Source: an uncultured Opitutales bacterium (lineage in GTDB: Bacteria; Verrucomicrobiota; Verrucomicrobiia; Opitutales; UBA2987). Taken from it: a DNA stretch of 64,000 nucleotides. Under the pieces are notes generated by a model. It was not told the origin of the DNA, ran no database searches, and saw nothing but the letters and a program-made list of their open reading frames with translations. Positions within the stretch are counted from its first letter, which is position 1. Each line of letters starts with the position of its first letter. Of the stretch, positions 19,814-27,761 are shown one piece after another. The position numbers were made by a program, and so were the translations under genes. The stretch is from positions 150,720 through 214,719 of the forward strand of contig CAZIUG010000015.1 in assembly GCA_964542645.1 (NCBI GenBank), in the 5' to 3' direction.

Positions 19814-21157
19814 CTAAAGGACACTCAACTCTTGCTGCAGTTCAAATAACCCTTCATCCAAGATGCCAACGATTTCCTCCACCTGATCACGAGTGATATT
19901 AAATGGAGGCGAAAGGCGAATATCATCGCCACTCTTCCACTCCGGAGCCGAACCTACTATTATACACGAAAGCCCTTTATGCATTAGGCATTTATGCAAG
20001 CGTCTTGATATTTCAAAAGATGCTGGAAACGGTTCCTTAGTGCCCCGGTCTTTGACCAACTCGAGACAGAAAAGCAATCCCTTGCCTCGAATTTCTCCGA
20101 CGATCGGATGTCTCTTGAGTAATTCTGCTCGCTCAAATAAATAACCACCGATCTCAGAGACGTGTTCAACCAAATTCTCTTCCTCAATGATATCTAACAC
20201 TTCAAGCCCGGCCCGAGCGGAAACAGGATTGTTAACGTATGTGAAAATGTGTGGGAAAGCACTACAAGTTTCTTTCAAAGCATCGCTTATCTTCGATCGT
20301 AAAAGCACACCCCCAAGAGGAGAGTATCCACCACTCGCCCCTTTACCAAAGACAATTAAATCCGGAATTACATCCCAGTGTTCTATGGCAAAAAACTTAC
20401 CTGTTCTTCCGAATCCGCTGATCACTTCATCCATTATTAAGAGAACTTCGTACTTGTCACAAATCTCTCTAATTCGTGGGAAATAATCAGGAGGCGGAGC
20501 CAAAGCACCAACTCCAGCCATACCCACGGGTTCGCTGATAAAAGCAGCGACATTCTCCGGCCCAGTCTCTAAAATAGTCCTCTCTAGTTCGTCAGCACAA
20601 GATAGATTACATTCTCCTAGGCACCCTTGGTATTTGCACCGATACGGGTAGCAGGTCTCGATATGGGGAAAAGGCAACAACCACGAATCAAAATTCCGAC
20701 GCAACCAAGGCATTCCGGTGAGAGATAATGCACCAATAGTACCACCGTGATAGCTCCTCCAACGAGCGATGACTTTTTGTTTATTTGGATTGCCACGCTG
20801 CTGCTGATACAACCGGACCATTTTAAGACAGCTCTCAATCCCTTCTGAACCACCTGAGACAAAATAAACATGGTTTAAGTCCCCGGGGGCGATAGAGGCG
20901 ATACGCTCCGCCAGCTCGATTGCAGGCTGATTAGCAAAATTGGTAGAGAAAACATAAGCGAGAGTATCCGCTTGTTCAGCCATCGCTTCGACAATCCGAT
21001 GCCGGCCGTGACCAAGAGTAACATTAGTCGCTCCCGCACCACCGTCAATATAGCGCTTACCTAAATCATCAAACAGATAAATTCCTTCACCTCGGACAAT
21101 GACGGGATAATCGTAGGCTGGATCGCGATGAAGGAGGGCGGATTTAGCTTCACTCAT
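19814..21157 (-). CDS. class-III (omega-type) PLP aminotransferase
   Basis: SGGSEGIES, LIMDEVISGFGRTG and the Lys in VFGKGASGGYSP. 447 aa. Paralogous family to 18261-19595. Confidence 0.9.
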   Translation of the reverse strand: MSEAKSALLHRDPAYDYPVIVRGEGIYLFDDLGKRYIDGGAGATNVTLGHGRHRIVEAMAEQADTLAYVFSTNFANQPAIELAERIASIAPGDLNHVYFVSGGSEGIESCLKMVRLYQQQRGNPNKQKVIARWRSYHGGTIGALSLTGMPWLRRNFDSWLLPFPHIETCYPYRCKYQGCLGECNLSCADELERTILETGPENVAAFISEPVGMAGVGALAPPPDYFPRIREICDKYEVLLIMDEVISGFGRTGKFFAIEHWDVIPDLIVFGKGASGGYSPLGGVLLRSKISDALKETCSAFPHIFTYVNNPVSARAGLEVLDIIEEENLVEHVSEIGGYLFERAELLKRHPIVGEIRGKGLLFCLELVKDRGTKEPFPASFEISRRLHKCLMHKGLSCIIVGSAPEWKSGDDIRLSPPFNITRDQVEEIVGILDEGLFELQQELSVL

Positions 21158-21268
21158 TCTTACATCACCTAGCTTCTCTTTTCGTTTATCAGACCCATGT
21201 CTTATTCTATACTATTTTAGGTTCTGGGTTGATGCCATGCTTAACACCTATAGTCAAGACACCTGCAT

Positions 21269-21280
21269 ATTACATGTAAT
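21269..21280. promoter_or_regulatory. 12-bp perfect palindrome ATTACATGTAAT in the divergent aminotransferase/MFS promoter region
   Basis: Perfect dyad read from the sequence. It lies 112 nt upstream of the start at 21157 and shares the T-W-ACATGT-W-A core with the palindrome at 17176-17191. Confidence 0.3.
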
Positions 21281-21594
21281 CGCCAAACAACCATCTAGGT
21301 GTACTCATCAAATTCCTAGCGGCACACAGCGCAATCAATCTAAAAGGCCATAGAGTCCGAACTTTCTCCCAATCCCCTAGTCCCCACGAATGCAGTAATA
21401 CCCGTCCTCGGTAACCGTTGACTAGAGCTTGACAAGCGAATGCCTCCTAGAAGGATCTTCGATCGAACACCATAAGCAGATCCCTTCATTCTATCAGTAA
21501 GGCGGGATTGGCAATCGGCAAGCCAACAGTAAACAGTCCCACTCGCGATCTTGCCTCTTAATTGTGCTCCCGAATCTTGGACTCGAAATGAATC

Positions 21595-22938
21595 ATGAAG
21601 TCGATTTGGTCATCAGATTTTCCCTTTAACCCCAGGAAGTTCCCATTCTTCTACGGATGGTGGATCGTTTTGGTAGGCACAATAGGAGCCGTAGCAACCA
21701 TGCCCGGACAGACAGGAGGTGTCAGCGTATTTACTGATATAATTATTAAGGAACTAGAACTGACACGCCTTCAAGTCAGCTCTGCTTACATGGTTGGAAC
21801 CGCAGCAAGCGGCTTTCTTCTTCCCTGGGGTGGAATTTTCTTCGACCAATTCGGTGCTCGCCGGTCAGCAACATTCTCCACATTAGGACTTGGCATTGCG
21901 GCCCTATTTTTCAGCCAGGTTGACCGTGTAGCCTATGCACTAAGGCTTCTAACTAAATCTGAAGAAGGTTGGTTAATAGAATTTTTTGTAATATGCAGCT
22001 GTTTCTTCTTTCTTCGGTATTTTGGACAGGGAATGCTATCTCTTTCTAGCCGGAATATGATAGCACTCTGGTTTGATCGATTTCGAGGTATGGTGCTTTC
22101 AATATCGGGAGTCATTGGGGTTATCGCCTTCGCATTAGGTCCCAAGATTCTCAATTACGGCATTCAAAATATCGGTTGGCGGGGGACATGGATTATCGTC
22201 GGAATTACTCTTTTCCTATACTCCGTTTTTATCATTTGGATCTTCTATCGGAACAGTCCAGAGGAATGCGGACTGGTTATGGATGGTTCACTGGACGCGC
22301 AAGCAAAAGATAGACCGAAAAACCCAGATAGTATTTTTGTGAAAGAGTTCAGAAAAGATGAGGCTCTTTCCACCTATTCATTTTGGGTTTTCACACTTTC
22401 CCTCTCTTGGGCTAGCCTCTACGGGACAGGCTATGTATTTCACATCGTTTCAGTAGGGGATGAACTTGGATTGCCCCAAGGAGAGATCCTTGATTTTCTC
22501 ATTCAATCTTCTTTTATAGCGGTAATAACGATGCTTGTAACGGGTTGGATAAGTAATTACATCCGTCTAAAATACATCCTATTATTCGTCAGCATGGCCG
22601 CGGTCTGTTGGCCATTAGGAGTGTTACTGATGCCCACGATTCTTGGTCATCTTCTCATAGTCACTGGATTAGGCATGCTTTTCGGTGGATCTGCAATCCT
22701 TAGCACTTTGGTTTGGCCCCGATTCTTCGGGCGTCTTCATCTCGGTGCAATCAGTGGAGTTGCTACAAAATGGGCAGTCATTGGGAGCTCGCTTGGACCA
22801 CTCTGTTTTGCAATTTCGCGTTCGGTTGGAGGTAGCTATCGGTTAATATGCGTAGTTTCTATCGGTGTAGGGCTAATACTTGCGGTAGGGACATTGTTCG
22901 CCGACAATCCGCAAAGAAGATTGTCCATCTCGAGATAG
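21595..22938 (+). CDS. MFS transporter
   Basis: 447 aa with about 12 hydrophobic helices. The N-terminal FYGWWIVLVGTIG segment resembles the oxalate/formate-antiporter-like subgroup. Confidence 0.85.
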   Translation: MKSIWSSDFPFNPRKFPFFYGWWIVLVGTIGAVATMPGQTGGVSVFTDIIIKELELTRLQVSSAYMVGTAASGFLLPWGGIFFDQFGARRSATFSTLGLGIAALFFSQVDRVAYALRLLTKSEEGWLIEFFVICSCFFFLRYFGQGMLSLSSRNMIALWFDRFRGMVLSISGVIGVIAFALGPKILNYGIQNIGWRGTWIIVGITLFLYSVFIIWIFYRNSPEECGLVMDGSLDAQAKDRPKNPDSIFVKEFRKDEALSTYSFWVFTLSLSWASLYGTGYVFHIVSVGDELGLPQGEILDFLIQSSFIAVITMLVTGWISNYIRLKYILLFVSMAAVCWPLGVLLMPTILGHLLIVTGLGMLFGGSAILSTLVWPRFFGRLHLGAISGVATKWAVIGSSLGPLCFAISRSVGGSYRLICVVSIGVGLILAVGTLFADNPQRRLSISR

Positions 22939-24405
22939 TTATATATTCGAGAGATTCGGCCTATGTTCCGTCCAAGGTCGAGCTTTCTCAAAAGCCGCAG
23001 AGGCGGCAAGCACAGTTTTCTCGTCACGCATTGCACCGATAATGTGAAGACCAATAGGCAAACCACCGGCAGAGAACCCACAAGGAATACTTGCGGCAGG
23101 GTTGCCTGTCAGGTTAAATAGGGGTGTAAAAGGAATAAAACCCCACCGTCGATTCGCAACCACACAACCCCCAATTTCAGAAGGTGGTTCGTTAATAGGA
23201 AATGCGGGCACTGCTGTAACTGGAGTAAGAAGTACATCGTAACGGCCAAAGAAATTCTGAGTATAATTCCGACATCTACCAATTAAATTAAGGGCACTAA
23301 TATATCGAATGGCGGAGCATGCGCGTCCATTCTCCAAGTTCTCCCGAAAGTAATCGGTCAACTGCGCTGCTATATCTGGGTTCTTAAGAAATTTTCCGTA
23401 TGCCGCATACCCTCGAACACAAAAGTAATCGAGAAAGCCAGACATGAAATCCTCGTTATCTTTGGGTCGAAAGTCTACCTCTTCGACTTCTGCACCAAGC
23501 TCAGAGAAAACTTCTGCCGCTTTAAGCACAACATTCGCAACTTCAGAATCAACCGCAGCGCCTCCTAAAGTCAGGCTAAGCCCCATCTTTAGATTACGAA
23601 CCTCACTCCCTAGTGCAGTCGTAAAGTCAGGCGGTTCCTCATTTATCGTGGTGTATTCTGCCTCAGGGGAAGGACCGGACAATACATTAAGCAAAACAGC
23701 CGAATCGCGAACTGTCCCTGTCATCGGGCCAACCGAAGAATTATTAACCGGGTGCCAAGAATGTTCGCTCGATAAGCGACGTGGCACCCTCCCCTGGGTA
23801 GCCTTTATACCGTAAATGCCACTGAATGCACACGGAATACGAATCGACCCCCCACCATCGCTTCCTTGGGCTATCGATGTCATTCCGGCCGCCACCGAAA
23901 CCGCCGCGCCGCCACTAGAACCTCCAGGTGTATGTTTTAAATTCCATGGATTCCGTGAAGGACCAAATACGGCATTCTCAGTTGTACCAGCGTGGCCAAA
24001 CTCCGGTGTGTTCGTCTTGCCGATAATAATGCCGCCAGCACTCCGAATTCTTTCCACACAAAGAGCATCGGTATCGGCTATCTCATCAGCAGGAATCGAC
24101 CCATGTGTTAAGCGTACCCCAGCCACTCCTTCTAAATCCTTGATCGGAACGGGAATTCCATGAAGGGGGCCTAGCTTATCACCCCGCATTACCGCTGTTT
24201 CCGCCACTCGGGCTGCCTCAATTGCCTCATCTCCAATAATCGTAATATAACCGCCCAGTTTACTGTTATTCGCATCAATGCCACGCAACGTTGCCTCTAC
24301 TAATTCTACCGGTGAGAGTTCTTTAGCCCCGATCATTCGACGGAGTTCGTAAGCAGGTGTGTAACCAGGGGAAGTTGCATCAAACATACTTTCAATCCAT
24401 GGCAT
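22939..24405 (-). CDS. amidase (amidase-signature family)
   Basis: AS-family core GGSSGGAAVSVAAG...GSDGGGSIRIP and the upstream Lys region IPVPIKD. 488 aa. Confidence 0.9.
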   Translation of the reverse strand: MPWIESMFDATSPGYTPAYELRRMIGAKELSPVELVEATLRGIDANNSKLGGYITIIGDEAIEAARVAETAVMRGDKLGPLHGIPVPIKDLEGVAGVRLTHGSIPADEIADTDALCVERIRSAGGIIIGKTNTPEFGHAGTTENAVFGPSRNPWNLKHTPGGSSGGAAVSVAAGMTSIAQGSDGGGSIRIPCAFSGIYGIKATQGRVPRRLSSEHSWHPVNNSSVGPMTGTVRDSAVLLNVLSGPSPEAEYTTINEEPPDFTTALGSEVRNLKMGLSLTLGGAAVDSEVANVVLKAAEVFSELGAEVEEVDFRPKDNEDFMSGFLDYFCVRGYAAYGKFLKNPDIAAQLTDYFRENLENGRACSAIRYISALNLIGRCRNYTQNFFGRYDVLLTPVTAVPAFPINEPPSEIGGCVVANRRWGFIPFTPLFNLTGNPAASIPCGFSAGGLPIGLHIIGAMRDEKTVLAASAAFEKARPWTEHRPNLSNI

Positions 24406-24587
24406 AAAAATCGAAGTCCGTCGATTTTTTTGTCGCAGTATTAACCGGTTGAAACCGGTGATAACAGTGACCAGGGATAGGTCCTAATCTCAGTAGGACC
24501 CTAAGAATCGAGACCACACATAGTGGTCTAATTCACCTCACGGTAGCCAATGTTAAACCGAACCTCCGCAAGAATTTAACTCGTTGT

Positions 24588-25463
24588 TTAAAGCTTCTTG
24601 TCCGAAAAATTCAACCCACAGTAATCGGGCTTGCTTCCATTCTCTGAACGCAAGTGGCGCCAACGACCAGCACGAGGAGACTCCCCATCGAATACTGCCG
24701 TCGTGCAAGAAGAACAACCTATACTCGCATACCCCTTAGCATAAAGTTTATGGACTGGAAGTTGATACTTATCATTGTAAGCATTAATATCCTTGTCGTT
24801 CCAGTCGAAGAGCGGATGAAACACTTTGCAATCGAGATTTGGATCGAAGCTAACACAATTAATTCCCATACGCTTCCCGCCTTCCTCCCGCATCATTCCG
24901 TTTATAATTGCCTGGAACTTAAATGTCTCCTTCGCCCTCCTGAGAGGCTGTTCTCTACGCAGAGAACAGCAAAGAGGCTGCCCATCGATATATCTACTCA
25001 GTTCAACACCATATTTCTCCCATTGCTTTTCTGGACTTAATTCTGGTTTCACTGAATCGATATTCAGACCATACTTCCGAATGAATAAATCTCTTATTTC
25101 CAATGTTTCTGGGAAGTGAAATTGGGTGTTGATAAAGACAATCCGGATTGAAGCGTTAAGTCGGGAAATCATATGCATGATTACACCGGATGTTTTCTGC
25201 ATGCTGGAAAGCTGAACAGCCTTTTCACCATAGACTTCATCAATTAGCTTCACCCTATCCAATGCTTCGATCGAGCTATAGCACTCTGAGTCTATACTGT
25301 CGGTTGAGAAAGTTCTCATGGAACAAAACTCGAAAGGATTATATTCCTTCTTTTCTTCGCCACTTTGAGAGACTTTGTACTTAAAGTTCGGCGAATCCTC
25401 TTCTTTGTCTGAGGAGTCGGATGAATTGTGTAGTGAATAAACCAGGTTCCATTGTTGTTCCAC
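24588..25463 (-). CDS. cysH: adenylyl-/phosphoadenylyl-sulfate reductase family protein (CysH-like, Fe-S type)
   Basis: The CC...CxxC cluster ligands (PLCCSLRREQPL and SIGCSSCT) and a C-terminal YCGLN in place of the usual ECGLH. The recognisable domain starts near residue 65 of the longest ORF. An alternative ATG at 25319 would give a canonical 243-aa protein. Confidence 0.8.
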   Translation of the reverse strand: MEQQWNLVYSLHNSSDSSDKEEDSPNFKYKVSQSGEEKKEYNPFEFCSMRTFSTDSIDSECYSSIEALDRVKLIDEVYGEKAVQLSSMQKTSGVIMHMISRLNASIRIVFINTQFHFPETLEIRDLFIRKYGLNIDSVKPELSPEKQWEKYGVELSRYIDGQPLCCSLRREQPLRRAKETFKFQAIINGMMREEGGKRMGINCVSFDPNLDCKVFHPLFDWNDKDINAYNDKYQLPVHKLYAKGYASIGCSSCTTAVFDGESPRAGRWRHLRSENGSKPDYCGLNFSDKKL

Positions 25464-25519
25464 AGATGGTGAGTCGGATTGTCTGCGTTAATTCGCACTG
25501 ATGAATCTTTTCCGCTCAT
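25316..25519 (-). CDS. possible small basic protein (67 aa), function unknown
   Basis: The ORF's TGA (25318-25316) overlaps the internal ATG (25319-25317) of the CysH-like frame as ATGA. It is Lys/Arg-rich (KKRIRRTLSTKSLKVAKKRR). No SD is present, and the ATG sits about 12 nt after a terminator U-tract, so expression is uncertain. Confidence 0.3.
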   Translation of the reverse strand: MSGKDSSVRINADNPTHHLWNNNGTWFIHYTIHPTPQTKKRIRRTLSTKSLKVAKKRRNIILSSFVP

Positions 25520-25531
25520 ATGCTTTTATTT

Positions 25532-25568
25532 AAAAAAAGAAACCCCGGAGTCCTAATGGACTGCGGGG
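25532..25568 (-). terminator. intrinsic terminator
   Basis: Stem CCCCGGAGTCC/GGACTGCGGGG (10 of 11 positions paired, loop TAAT). On the minus strand it is followed by TTTCTTTTTTT. Confidence 0.6.
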
Positions 25569-25599
25569 TCTAAATTCTTGATAATTGATTGAGTAAGTC

Positions 25600-25704
25600 T
25601 TAGTGCCTAATCCCACAGCCAACATGTTTATTAGCGCTACAACACATACATGAGCAGACCCCCGCTGCTAATAAAAGGATCCCTATGGCTGGAATAAATC
25701 TCAT
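25600..25704 (-). CDS. candidate unannotated 34-aa Cys-rich small membrane/secreted peptide
   Basis: My translation is MRFIPAIGILLLAAGVCSCMCCSANKHVGCGIRH: a hydrophobic N-terminus followed by 6 Cys in 14 residues. It is too short for the ORF track. The terminator at 25532-25568 lies about 30 nt after its stop. Confidence 0.4.
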   Translation of the reverse strand: MRFIPAIGILLLAAGVCSCMCCSANKHVGCGIRH

Positions 25705-25804
25705 ATTTGCCCAGTCTCATCCATATTCAGAAACCAGTCAAAGATTTTAACTGTCATAAGCTAAACCCAATCAATCCCGAATAACCGGAAGAAAATTGTA
25801 ACTA

Positions 25805-26122
25805 TTGGATAGCGATTTAGAAATACCAATGAAACCGGAAAAATCCGATGAAGAAAAAGCAGAGGTGGAGAAGGCTCTTTCCTGCTCGCTAATGAGGATC
25901 CCTCGCATGGATATCCATACGGTGCGCGAATTGATGCGGGTAGGATTCACAGAGATCCACCAACTTTCTGGACGCTCTCCCGAAGTCATCTTCGAAGAGA
26001 TTCAGAAATTGGTACCACAAACTCCCCGAGATCGCCTCTTCCACGTCCGGATGGCGGTATACTACTCCGAGACTGAGAATCCTAATCCTGAACTTCTCCA
26101 CCCATGGGCCTGGAAAGATTGA
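25805..26122 (+). CDS. small helix-hairpin-helix domain protein (Cdd1/pathogenicity-locus-like)
   Basis: 105 aa. The segment IPRMDIHTVRELMRVGFTEIHQLSGRSPEVIFEEI has the HhH pattern. The family assignment is from memory only. Confidence 0.55.
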   Translation: MDSDLEIPMKPEKSDEEKAEVEKALSCSLMRIPRMDIHTVRELMRVGFTEIHQLSGRSPEVIFEEIQKLVPQTPRDRLFHVRMAVYYSETENPNPELLHPWAWKD

Positions 26123-26164
26123 CAATTCCCAGTTCTAATTCTCCCAATTCATCTTATATCCTCT

Positions 26165-26800
26165 ATGTTCAAAGATTTCGATATCCCCAAAGAAGTTCCA
26201 GTAATGACATTACCTGATACCGTCTTCTTCCCGCATGTGGTCATGCCACTCCTGATCTTCGAACCCCGATATCGGAAAATGATTTTTGATGTTCTAAGCA
26301 GCCACTGCCTCTTTGCTGTAGCTGGATTGGATAAAAAGGCGGCCGCATCTGAACCCTCATCGGAACCACTCTATCAAACTGCATCAATCGGAATTGTGCG
26401 GGCGTGCTATGGGAATAAAGACGGGACCTCGAAGCTCTTTCTTCAAGGACTATGTCGCATTCAGATTGACCGAATAGTTCAAGAGAATCCATACCGACTT
26501 ATCGCAATCACTCCGGTACAAAATCACTATCAGCAAGTCGATGATGATCTCGACCCATACCGCCGAAAACTGTTGGGATTGCTGGAGGAACTGGGTAAAC
26601 TGGGTGACGGATTTTATTTGCAGCTAATGAAATCACTCGAAATGGTGAAAAATGCTGAAGTTTTCATCGATCTTGCAGCCGATTCGTTCCAAATTGACCC
26701 TATTGATAAACAAAGGCTTCTTGAGATCTTCGATACCAAGGCGAGGTATCAATTTCTGATATCCAAAGTAGAGTGTATCCAAACGAAGAAAAAGAAATGA
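26165..26800 (+). CDS. LON N-terminal (substrate-binding) domain protein
   Basis: LPDTVFFPHVVMPLLIFEPRYRKM is the classic start of the Lon N-domain. At 211 aa there is no AAA or protease domain. Confidence 0.8.
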   Translation: MFKDFDIPKEVPVMTLPDTVFFPHVVMPLLIFEPRYRKMIFDVLSSHCLFAVAGLDKKAAASEPSSEPLYQTASIGIVRACYGNKDGTSKLFLQGLCRIQIDRIVQENPYRLIAITPVQNHYQQVDDDLDPYRRKLLGLLEELGKLGDGFYLQLMKSLEMVKNAEVFIDLAADSFQIDPIDKQRLLEIFDTKARYQFLISKVECIQTKKKK

Positions 26801-26836
26801 GGATTGCCGATAGGAATTGGAGGAAATCCTATCATA

Positions 26837-27268
26837 TCACCCCGTCTCCTGTGGACTCTCAAGGTGAGTAAGAAATTGATTCTTGTGAATCTTGCGATAG
26901 AAGCATCCGAATCGATATCCACCCTCTGCATCCTGCGTATGGCAGGCACCTTCGCCAACCATACGAACTCTATAAAGCAGTGAATTCTGTTCGCAATTTA
27001 TCCTGATTTCATCAACAATAAGGAAATTGCCACTGCTTTTCCCTTTAACCCAAAGTTCGTTCCTAGAACTGCTCCAGAAAGTCGCTTTTTTTGTTTTAAA
27101 AGTTGCTTCCAAAGCAACTTTATTGACGTATCCAACAAGCAGTACCTCACCACTTTCTACTTCTTGGACAACCGTCGGCAAAAGCGCTTGTCCGTTTGCC
27201 ACAACGCTCTCCAGCTTTCCGAAATCGATTGCCAAACTGTTTCCCTCTTCCAGTTCGCTAGGCATCAT
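26837..27268 (-). CDS. hisI: phosphoribosyl-AMP cyclohydrolase
   Basis: LLPTVVQE...GEVLLVGYVNKVALE...ATFWSSSRNELWVKG.SSGN...CEQNSLLY.V...GACH matches HisI throughout. Monofunctional size (143 aa). Confidence 0.9.
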   Translation of the reverse strand: MMPSELEEGNSLAIDFGKLESVVANGQALLPTVVQEVESGEVLLVGYVNKVALEATFKTKKATFWSSSRNELWVKGKSSGNFLIVDEIRINCEQNSLLYRVRMVGEGACHTQDAEGGYRFGCFYRKIHKNQFLTHLESPQETG

Positions 27269-27761
27269 TCCTGAATTCTCCTTTCTTCTCCATTCTCTAA
27301 TAACTTTAACAACTGGATCATTTGACCCGTCTGATATTTCGCTTTCTCGTACCCACCGTGAAAAGTCCTCGGAAATAGAAAAGAATAGGAAAGATGATAT
27401 CGAGGAAAACTTTCGCCACTTTAAAGAATATGATGTTTAAACTCAATGTCATCCAAAGCGGCTGAATGAGGAATCATACCGAGCCAAGAATATATTATCC
27501 ATACCTCTAGATACAATCTCGTCGAACCAAAAATAAGAGCAGTTGGGGGTAATCGCAGAAACAGTATGCTAATTGAAAAGGGCCAAGACCTCTTGCCTGC
27601 AATACCTATAACCACATTTTTTGTAAAATGCCCGAACCTTTGATACCTCTCTGAACCAAGGTTACTTTCTGACCTGCTAAGCAACATTCGAGACCAACCA
27701 AACCCATAAAATCAGCATTCTACATCACGACCAGCAAGAAACAGGCTTAAATCCTAAAATT

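Noticed and set aside
17236-21157. Reading the GNAT plus class-III aminotransferase pairing as ectoine synthesis (EctA/EctB) or degradation (Doe).
   Set aside because: No EctC, EctD or DoeA/DoeB-like gene is present, and the GNAT is about twice EctA length with a second domain.
23444-24163. Two consecutive plus-strand ORFs (123 and 115 aa) antisense to the amidase gene.
   Set aside because: These are shadow ORFs. They are Ser/Pro/Ala-rich and low in complexity, they lie fully inside a well-supported amidase CDS, and they have no motifs.
15464-24405. Reading the ThDP enzyme, class-III aminotransferases and amidase as the N-acetyltaurine/taurine pathway (NaaS, Tpa, Xsc).
   Set aside because: The ThDP protein is 535 aa, shorter than the roughly 590-600 aa I recall for Xsc. 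There is no phosphotransacetylase, sulfite exporter or TauABC/TauKLM. I keep it only as an alternative to test, not as a call.
27269-27761. 493-bp gap between gmd and hisI. I looked for RNase P, 6S or tmRNA-like ncRNA; GAAAAGTCCTCGG vaguely recalls the RNase P P4 strand.
   Set aside because: There is no matching 3' P4 strand, no tRNA-like end and no extended conserved helices that I could trace. The 88-aa and 137-aa ORFs there have no protein-like features. I left the gap unannotated.
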